Source: Phoronis australis
Taxonomy: Eukaryota; Animalia; Phoronida
NCBI GenBank assembly: GCA_002633005.1
Contig: NMRA01000007.1
Location: 1,780,838 to 1,844,837 of the forward strand
Reading direction: 5' to 3'
Length of the DNA stretch: 64,000 bases
Under the pieces are notes generated by a model. It was not told the origin of the DNA. It was given only the letters and a program-made list of their open reading frames with translations, and searched no databases. Positions within the stretch are counted from its first letter, which is position 1. The number at the start of each line of letters is the position of its first letter. The translations under genes and the position numbers were made by a program. Positions 55,001 through 64,000 of this stretch are shown in pieces.

Positions 55001-58000
55001 AACTCTGACCTCTGACCCATTGGTGACCTCTGGTCAGAGTTCACCAGTGGGGCTGGTGAAATACGCTGTGACCTTGACTTCACGGCAACAAATGGTAAAC
55101 TAGCAGTGGTGATTGCTACAAGAACCCAAAACAGGCAATGTACTCTTTGTACAGCGTTTATGAACAAAAGCATGTTGTGTAGTCAACAATCAAAGAGTGA
55201 ATCGTCGCAAGTTGAGTGATGTTGAAAAATTTGTTTCTGAATTGGGTTAATGCTTTACTTCCCTTGAGAAGAAGCCATTACTTGTCCAGACAAAGATCAT
55301 TGAAAGTGTCACAATGATACACTGATAACCACATCAAGCAACATACGGTATTCAGAGTACAGTATTGTGGAAATGACGCAAATGTCTCATTTCAAAATTA
55401 AATTGGAATATCTGAATAAATCAACACTTTCTTAACCGACATTGATCAGTTTTTGTGCCCAGTCATATCAGTTACGTATGTCCAAAACAGCCTCAAAACA
55501 GTGCCGTTGATCAGCGAAATTCACCCTCAATGCTTAACATCTACTGCAACACTTTTTTGTGATAGACTAAATAATGCTTTAATTGACCAGTTGTTCCTTT
55601 TGTGTTCTAAATCACTCCTCAAACAAGTAAGTAACTTAAGGCAACAAATTATCTCAGTCAGTATAATCTTTGATGCCTTTAATTTTCTTCTAGCTGTACC
55701 ATTGAAAGCACGCCCTTAACACTGCCAAATGCAACATCATGACACTTCTGCGAGCAGACTATTGCTGGACTGCGTCACCAACATACATGCATACAAATGA
55801 CTGTTACCTTACCCGTGTCGGCTAGTTTGGAGAAGTACAACGGCTTGGCCACGGACACTCTGATGAAGCTGTGATCCCCAACAGGTGGAGTCTGTGTCAA
55901 CAGGGTTGGTGGGCGGGGCATCAGTGGAACCAGCGGCACTGGCTGCCAGTGGAAGGGTACACCAGCTGGCATGAACCTGGCGTGCAGCTGAGGGAGGAAG
56001 GGTCCTCGCACCAACACTGGTATGTGTTGCAGAGGCATGTGGGCAACGGGACGGAGTTGGTACATAGGCAATGAGCTCGCAGATGGGGTGCGAACAGCTG
56101 ATGGAAGTGTCTGGCAAGAGGTGAAACTTGTTGGTACTCCTCTGCCTGACCTGTAGTTCAAGCCAGTAGGTGGTTGTGCCACACTGTGGTATGACGTGGG
56201 GGAAATGAAGGACGATGTTGTATATAAGGGAGGTTCTCCATACAAAGGAGGAGAGGACACTGTACGATCCAGTGGTGCCAAATTATTGATGTTAGGTCTT
56301 GGGTTGGAAACAAAGCGAACCTCCTCAAGCAACTCTCGGACAGTTTTGCTACATCCAGCTGGCATATGAGGTTTCACCTGAATTGCTGACTTCTTCTTAG
56401 CAAGACTGGTTACAACTGACAGATCGAGCACCACGTCACCTTGAGAACTTCCTATAATTTGTATGTCGTCGTCGTCATCATCATCATCATCCGCCCCAGA
56501 GGATTTTGTAGCTGGGGTATCCACAATTTCTTTTTCTCTTGGAGTAACCATTGGCAACGTCTTATCCGCTGTGGGTTTGGCTCTGGACTCTGAGCTTGGG
56601 CTGGACGTGAGAAGTGGCGATTCTGGTGGTGACGAACTCAAAGCTATAGTGTTGTTTAAAGACTTCAATTGACACGGGCTTGACTTCGAAATAACCGGTG
56701 CTAGAGGAGAAAATTCTGATTGCCTATTTGATGACATCCCTGGAGAGTAAACATCAAGTGTCGGCCAATTAGAATGTTTCATTGTCTCAAGGCCAAAAGT
56801 TGTGCATGGTGGAGGGTACAGATACGAATCTAAGTTTTGGTCATCCACCGGAGGCTCTCGAGGGTAATGGACTCCGACATCGGCCAGTCGCTCAGGTTCA
56901 AACGGATTCATGCTAAATGGAGATCGTGATCGGCAGTCCATGAAACTGGGGACTTCTTGACCAGATAGATGGGGATATTGCAAGTATGTTGGCACATAGT
57001 GCGGGTATGGCTCATGATACCGATGATAAGTAGAACTGTACTTGTACCGAGTGTCTACTGGGAGCAAAGGATCTGAAAACACATTACGTATAAGAAAGGA
57101 AATCTACTACTAAGTAACAATAGAACCCAACCACCTCCTAACATAAACTGTCACCAAAATCTGAATGAGAGAAGGCACTTGTTTCATCCCCACCCATAAT
57201 TTGCTTTAGTTTTCTAACCCACCACCCACAATTTTTAATTATTTTGGAATACAATCAATCATCACTTTTTTACTCGTTACTGAATTTGCCTAAGTTCAAT
57301 AGGTCCTGTCAACCAAATCCTGACCTAGCTTTCAGATTAATCAGTTCAATGATGTAGGTATAACCATATGCTGTATAAACTACAGATTAAAATTATGTCC
57401 ATTACAGCCAACTTCTAAGTGTTCAGACAAAATGACCCAGAATTCCTTGTTACAACAGCTGGGCAGAAGCCGAATTTATTATCAGAGTTGAAAAAAGATT
57501 TCAGTCTCTGGCGGAGATACCGGATAGGTAAAGTAATTCATTTACTAATAAAAGAAGACACGGCATGCTTGTTGTTATGGAGATATCCATGAATCGTTAT
57601 CAAAGGACTGTAGAGTGCAGTTCAAATTATCCAAAACAGCAAACACGTAGTCTCTAAGTGATTGAGTTACAATAGTTTTTCCTCGTAATCGAGAATGAAG
57701 GGAAAGTTAGTAAAGTGGCCGAGCCATTCTGTAATTAGAATTTTGGTGCCATAATAGTTATTACAAGTGATATTTACATTAGCCGTCATGATGGGTAAAT
57801 AGTATTTAGTCTGATTACTGCAGTCCAATACTATATACCAGTTAGGGTCTAGAGGAAACCCGTTGTTACCAGGATTTTCCGTAGATAAGCCTGATCGATG
57901 AAATGTCCATGAATGTTTATTCGGAAAATTATGCCAAATAAACGCCCATGGGCATTTATTTGGTTTTACAACTTCTGGTGTCAAGTGTCCAAATAGAGGG

Positions 58001-61000
58001 ACGATTATTTGGAAAATTTCCCCTTAAAAGCCCACTCAGCATCAAATTTTTGTCACAAATTCAGTTTTGTGGAGCATTCATTATTTATAAAAAGAAAAAA
58101 GGTGTTGGTGAACTATATATTTATTAAAATAAAATTTAAAACACAGTTTTAAGTAAAAAAATGTCAAAGTCAAGAAAACTATGACTTTCCGTTTAAAAGC
58201 CTCACTTTTCCGAATAGATGCCCGGGCATTTATTTGGCGTTGCTAAAACACCTGAAAATTTTCATTCTCCAAATACATGCCCAATGGGCTCATCTAGTAG
58301 TTTCATGAAAAGTTGCTTTGGTATACGTGTACTTTCAGTTACAAAGTCATAATTCCCATAGCGACAAATTTGAAGATTAAAAAGACCAGCAACCAAGCAT
58401 ACTGTGAACCACATCTGGCAACTTTTTATTTGCTCTGAACGCACTGTGAACCACCTCTGGTAACTTTTTATTTGCTCAGAATGCACTATGAACCACTCAC
58501 AACCTTTTTCAATTGCCTCGCCTCTCACATACAGATTTTCCCTGTAACACCCTGAGCCCCCTGAACTCACATTTATTTTGAAAACAATAAGGGTTTAACT
58601 TAACCGTTTTCAATTTTTACACGAAACCTCATACTCAGAACTTTAGACCTGCTATAAACTTGCTTTGTGTCAAAAATTTATCTCTAAAGACCACTTACAA
58701 TAATGAAATTGAAAATATTACGCGAAGACCCCTTTTGGTTACCAAAGAACCGTACCTTGATGTAAAGCAGGGACACGAGATATGGACGAAGTGGCAGAGT
58801 GTACACTTACCACACCAAGGTACGGCTCTTTGGATCCAAAAGGGATCTTCACTAAGTATTTTCATTATTTAAATGGAGCCTGCCCAGTAACATACATAAT
58901 TGTGAAATAAATCTCGCCTTCATCATTATTTAAATTTGAGGTGAACTCTGGGCTTGGAAATAACTTATAGTTTTTTACCATTCGAGACCAGACTCAACAA
59001 GCTGGCTTGTCATGATGAGTCATTTTATATGACAAGCGCTGTCTGAAGAGTGAAAAAACTGCTAGTTCTGTCCTAGGCTAAAAAACCCATCACATCTGAG
59101 CAACAACTTGGGACCAGTTTTATCGCAAAAAGCGATGTAAATTCAGAGTGTTTTTCTTTGATGGATCGTGCTGTTAAAGTATCTTTAAAAAGAATCTCTC
59201 CTGATTAGTAAGATTTAGTGCAAGATAGCAAGAGGCTGAATACTAGTATTCCAACCCATTCAAGAAAAACTAAAAACTACGTGACCAGCACTTGCGACTG
59301 TAAATGACATTTTTCAATCTATCTACAAGATACTTGCCCGAAACTTTTGGAAATGTGTATCCACTTGGATTGTGATTCAGGGGAGCAACAGCGGCCACCT
59401 GAGGAGCTGGTGTTGGTGCCAACGGGTACTCCAGGGGTGATGAAACGCCTCTAACTGGCGGAATGGAGAATGAACTCGATCTGGTACTCATACAGTTGTC
59501 TTCACACCCATAGTAATATTGAGTAGCAGAACTACAGCTAGTTACAGGTGTGTTATTAATACTTCTGAACCCAGGTGTACACTGAGAAAAAACGGAGAAA
59601 TTTGGCAAAGATTGCGACGAAGAGGCACAGTCATTAGTCTGCAGCTCATGGACAGAGTTTGACTGATACCCGTTGGAACGGTCAATAGTTGGTGGCACTG
59701 TCGGTGGTTCATTTTTCAGAGGATCTGAGGGAACATATGTTGACCTGTCCAACATAGACATTGTTTCTCCACATGTTTCTGTATCCATGGAACATTCAGT
59801 GGACGACTCCACAACACTAGGAAGAGGAGAATCGGGATCAATGCATCTTGATGATGGAAAACAGTTATACCAATGACTATGACAACTCCAGTCCACTACT
59901 CTGTTAGATAACGCATCATCGGTCATCCAGCTAGCACCCTGTACTCCGGATTTGTTCACGTCCTTAGAATGGATCCGTAAATCGTTACTATCATTTATAG
60001 ACACGTCATCACGCATGCAAAAAACATCTCCACTCAACACCTCACCAAAATAAGATTTTTCCCAGTCCAAATCCTGGTTGTCATGGCTACAAGTCTCCGT
60101 TGGCAACGAGTCGCTTTGGTGATATGCGTTCCAGACTGTTCCAGACTGAGTCTCCTCTGGCTTCTCATTACACTCCAGGATACTCTTCACAGCTAAAGCG
60201 GTGTCACTGCTGCTGACAGACAACTCATCCAAGTCTGTGGTTTTGACATAGGGACTGTCACAGTCTGCACCTTCAGATGAAGCCTGAGAGGAAACAGATC
60301 TGTCACTCCACCGATTAACTACCGAGTTACCATCAGTGACAAGTTCGTAGTGGTTTACAGTGTCTTCGTTTCCTTCACATGGTTTGCTAAATGTACTTGA
60401 TTGGCAATGACTGAAGTCCAGACCATGTGAGAGTATTTGAGCATTTTGCTTACAGGTAACATTGCCTTGCTCATAGGTATCACAACTTGGTACTGGTAAA
60501 GACATCTTCCGAGAGGGAATAGCAGTATATGGCGTCTCTGTAAATGTGTCTGGAGCTTCAGTATTGCTCAGTGCATAATGGTCTTCCATACTATGTTTAT
60601 TTTGCCTACAATGACTGAAATGAGAAAAGAATCAGACAAAATAAGAGCAAAAAATGCTCAAAGGTGACACCGACAAAGATTTTAAATATATATAATGGCA
60701 CACAATGGTGGTAACATTCATAGCCCATGTCAAAACTAGATAGTTTACGCAAAATAGGAAACCTCAAAATTTGTCAGCGCCAGTGATTAGCAACCTGAGA
60801 ATTTTGCCAAGTGACCAATGCGACTTGGCATTTCAGCTAAGTGTTGAGAGAGCTCTAGCCATGTCGTGAACACATACTCTACCACAAGAAACTGTAGGAA
60901 CACCTCATTTATCCACCTTCAGTCTTAGCAGGCTTCTATTGTGAGTCAGCATGCGTGAATAATTGGCTGATAAGTCACCTCTGAACTACTTTTGGCTGAA

Positions 61001-61692
61001 TGGATGACCAGGCCATAAAATGATAATTAGCCAAGACCTTGCTGCATTGAATACTGTTAATACCTTCATGGCAATTTTGAAAGAGTGGGCATCTTTTGCT
61101 AGTCTTTCGCCGACAGTGTTTTAAAAAAACTTGATTTACCGACCTCTGATTTTCTGGATTATGCAAACATTAAAATTCAAATTTGCAACGTTTTCAGTTC
61201 TGCCATCATTATGCTATGGAAACAAGCAAAAATTGGCAACAATTCGTACAAGCAACAAAGAATATCTCATAGCATCACCTAGCCTTGGTGGAAAGCTGTA
61301 TATGTACTGTATTGACCCTAATAAATGCCGCGGGCGCTTAGAAAAATTCATTTCACGGAGAAGACGCTTATTGTAGCCTAAGGCAGTTGAAACCCGGTTT
61401 CCGAAACGGGTAAAATCGGAAGCTAGGATTCATCAAATTTACGCTCTGTGACGTATTTGTAGACTATGACAGTCTTTCTACAAAACTGTAGTGCATTGCT
61501 ATCAAACTCCATTGTTAAATTATGATCATTTTTCAAAAAAAAGTGCTGAAATCCCAGGGCAAAAACTTGCAGACTGATACGTTGCTGAATCGCGATCGTC
61601 AATAGGAAAACTTTAATTCTTGAATAAAAATACAGTTTCGACTCAACAAATTACCTGAAATCTTCCTTATGTTTTACAATTTTTAAGTTCAT
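46056..61692 (-). CDS. Uncharacterised ~1376-aa protein: long low-complexity N-terminus, TRF2/HOY1-like PH domain, CXC (CRC/tesmin-like) domain and Cys-rich Zn-binding module
   Basis: Fourteen exons chain in compatible phases with no stops: 61692-61655, 60614-59338, 57072-55813, 55115-54924, 53823-53650, 52702-52623, 51516-51458, 50939-50839, 50251-50082, 48788-48617, 48132-47903, 47424-47277, 46811-46723, 46196-46056(TGA); total 4131 nt. CXC: CRCNFGCRTTRCHCAQRHQLCGPSCKCKNCENP. First exon, 53.7-kb exon and last exon are the least certain; ATG 60589 is an alternative start. Confidence 0.75.
58401..58496. repeat. 42-bp tandem repeat (about 2.3 units)
   Basis: ACTGTGAACCAC.TCTGG.AACTTTTTATTTGCTC.GAA.GC repeated. 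Confidence 0.85.
58712..58862. repeat. Short inverted repeat (hairpin)
   Basis: GAAGACCCCTTTTGGTTACCAAAGAACCGTACCTTGATGT versus ACACCAAGGTACGGCTCTTTGGATCCAAAAGGGATCTTC. Confidence 0.75.
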
Positions 61693-61699
61693 GTGGAGT

Positions 61700-61944
61700 C
61701 CAGATTAACTGCGATTAAGTCCAAATGTGCGCTACATCATACCCCACAACACGAGAAAAATCTCTGGATGAACACACATGTTGTTGTCACGTGACGTTTG
61801 TTTTGAAGTTCGTCTGCGTATGAGAGTGAGTGAGTGAGCGCGTGCGGGTCATCGACAACAGACTTTGTTACAAAAGGCGGAGGATTATGCAAGAAAATGG
61901 CGTTTACTAGATTGTTTTTTGCTTAAACGGCTGCAACGTGCAAG
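61700..61944. promoter_or_regulatory. Putative bidirectional promoter and non-coding first exon of an unidentified + strand gene
   Basis: CpG-richer segment with palindromic GTCACGTGAC (61786-61795), YY1-type AAAATGGCG (~61894), + strand donor AAG|GTGAGT after 61944 and - strand donor CAG|GTAAT at 61655. Confidence 0.55.
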
Positions 61945-62192
61945 GTGAGTGCCGGTTAACTCGCACATTTTGTGTGCACAGGCCGATGGTTGTTAGTTCA
62001 ACTGCTGAGTATAACATTAATAATCCTAGGCTCGATTTAGGCCCTACATGGGTGACGAGCATAACTATCCGGGCTGTGTGAAATTTCTGGGTCTAATGGA
62101 GACACTGACGCAGTGGTACCTATAGTTAGCTAACTCGCTGTATCAAGATTTATCATCAAAATCCGAATTCCTTTTTTCGTGTCTGTCAATAA

Positions 62193-62882
62193 TGTAACAG
62201 GAATGATCTCATCTCTGTCCCTGTATTAGCATGACACCTGTTGGTCATCGTCGGTACTAGTACATTCGTATAATTTGATCATACCTTATTTGGTCAAGAA
62301 CCATCAAGTCCAAGAACTTTAACTTGGTGACTTGTCATTGGCTCGGTTTATCATGTGACACCCTCTATAAATAGCGGGCACCTCGTGGTTTCGGGAGTTC
62401 GGTCACTCTTTCTACCATCGTACAGATGCGACATTTTGGCTCTACCAAATTCAACAGAAGCGGAGCTCGCAGTTATGAATGCGTAAGCCCACTTAGGTTT
62501 AGCCCCTTAAACATTTCAACTATATATCTAAATTCACCCCTACTTACTCCCAAAGCAAGTGATCGTTCTCGTATAAGTTATCCCTGCAGAACGCTGGGGT
62601 TTCATCGTCTAACAACTAAGACGCAATCAGTCACAATGCACGCCCACCGCACTAAAACTAGAATAAAGACCGACTATGTCCGACAACGCTATTCAAGATT
62701 GCCTGTGAGTAAACGTACTAGCGACTGTATTGATTTGTTTAGTTAATAAATGCTGCATACTATATACTACAACTTGGCGATTGTTTCTTTTGACTTAAAA
62801 GTACGTTCGTTTTTAACACTAAAATAGTTCACAAGTCCTGCCCCGGGCTCGATAAAGAGACGCCCCGAGCGTCACGATTACA
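62193..62882 (+). mobile_element. Solo LTR (690 bp), Ty3/gypsy-like
   Basis: Ends TGTAA...TTACA, flanked by a 4-bp direct repeat ATAA (62189-62192 and 62883-62886); internal TATAAATA (~62366) and AATAAA (~62745); no internal retroelement ORF adjacent. Confidence 0.7.
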
Positions 62883-63082
62883 ATAATAATGGCATGCTAA
62901 AGTTTCTTAATGTTCATACTTCAGGAACATAACAATCACGTGTTTTGTATACATAAGCGCACGCCGCAGATCACATCTCGGAAATTTCCGATTTGACGGA
63001 TGACAATGGAATGAGCACAATGAAATTAAACAACGTCGTTTTACAGCTTGTAAGAGCTATAATAAACGTATTTTGAATATTG

Positions 63083-64000
63083 CAATGCATGTGTTCCAAA
63101 ATCTAAATAACATACAGAGTAGTTCTATATTATCCTAACTTGGGTCCTATATTTTGTATTCGTGCGCGCCGAATGAAAGTAATCGTGAGTGTTGCTAAAT
63201 CTCTTATTCTGGGCCAATTTGAAAAATTGTACCAACATTTTTTTTGTCTCCTCTTTTCAAATATTACACTCAAAACTACGTAAAACGCTCTCCATAAAAA
63301 GTACGGTCATCTAGGCTAGATTGTAATCAGCTGATCGTATCCGCATGAGCGAAGCCAGTTATCCTCGCTCCTGACTCGATGAATAGAGCAGCTAGGCGGG
63401 ATCCCTTTGACCGTGAGCTGAGCGTGACACAGCCAAGGTGGATAAATACAGTCAGGTTCAATCGGCCAAACCCCACCGTTTTCCCTGATCGGCAGGGTTT
63501 GGGACAGTCTTATTTAGTGGGAATGTTTATGGCATGGCTGTGTGTAATATTTACACCTTCATGATATGAACATTCCCACTAAATAAGATTGGTTCTAACC
63601 CCAGTGGTTAAGGTAAACGGTGGGGTATGGAAAATTGAACTAGACCGTATTTATCCACCTTGGCTGAGTCGCGCTCGGCTCACGATCAAAGGGATGCCGC
63701 CAAGCTGCTCTAGTCATCGAGTCACGAGCGAGGATAATTGGCTTCGCTCATGCGGATATGATCAGCTGATTACAATCTAGCTAGCAGGCTGTACTTTTTA
63801 TGGAGAGAGTTTTACGTAGTTTTTACTGTAATATTTGAAAAGAGGAGCGAAAACAAATATGAGTACAACTTTGAATTTTTCAAATCGGCCCAGGATAAGA
63901 GATTTTGCAACACAGCAACACTCACGATTACTTTCATTCGGCGCGCACTAATACAAAAATATAGGACCCAAGTTATTTAGATTTTGGAACACATGCATTG
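63083..64000. repeat. Long imperfect palindrome (foldback element), probably extending beyond the window
   Basis: 63083 CAATGCATGTGTTCCAAAATCTAAATAA pairs with the window end; axis at ~63549 (GTGTAA-TAT-TTACAC); 13 mismatches in a ~146-nt core aligned by eye. Confidence 0.92.

Noticed and set aside
58805-58851. Possible 41-nt extra exon of the novel gene (GTAAGT donor on -)
   Set aside because: Phase-incompatible, weak acceptor, and it is one arm of an inverted repeat.
62426-62746. 106-aa ORF
   Set aside because: Lies inside the solo LTR with no gag or pol motifs.
1-64000. tRNA, rRNA or snRNA genes
   Set aside because: None recognised by eye; small RNAs could be missed without a covariance-model search.

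Overview
Intron-rich, AT-rich animal (invertebrate-like) genomic DNA. I assembled four protein-coding genes by hand from splice sites and reading-frame phase. (1) MPP5/PALS1/stardust-type MAGUK on + (6456-22673); its last exon is repeated across an N, probably a haplotype assembly artefact. (2) CCA-adding enzyme TRNT1 on - (35916-28065). (3) ACTR10 on + (36997-40279), head-to-head with TRNT1. (4) An uncharacterised 14-exon, ~1376-aa gene on - (61692-46056) with a long disordered region carrying CtBP/SUMO-type motifs, a TRF2/HOY1-like PH domain, a CXC domain and a further Cys-rich module. A probable non-coding first exon of a fifth (+) gene follows, then a solo LTR and a >900-bp palindrome. The two strongest observations are: TRNT1 has two highly diverged, phase-compatible copies of its terminal body/tail exon (one with a single in-frame UGA) plus a uORF overlapping its mitochondrial start codon; and the PH-CXC-Zn protein has an architecture I cannot assign to a named gene. 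All gene models are manual and family assignments are from recalled motifs, not searches.
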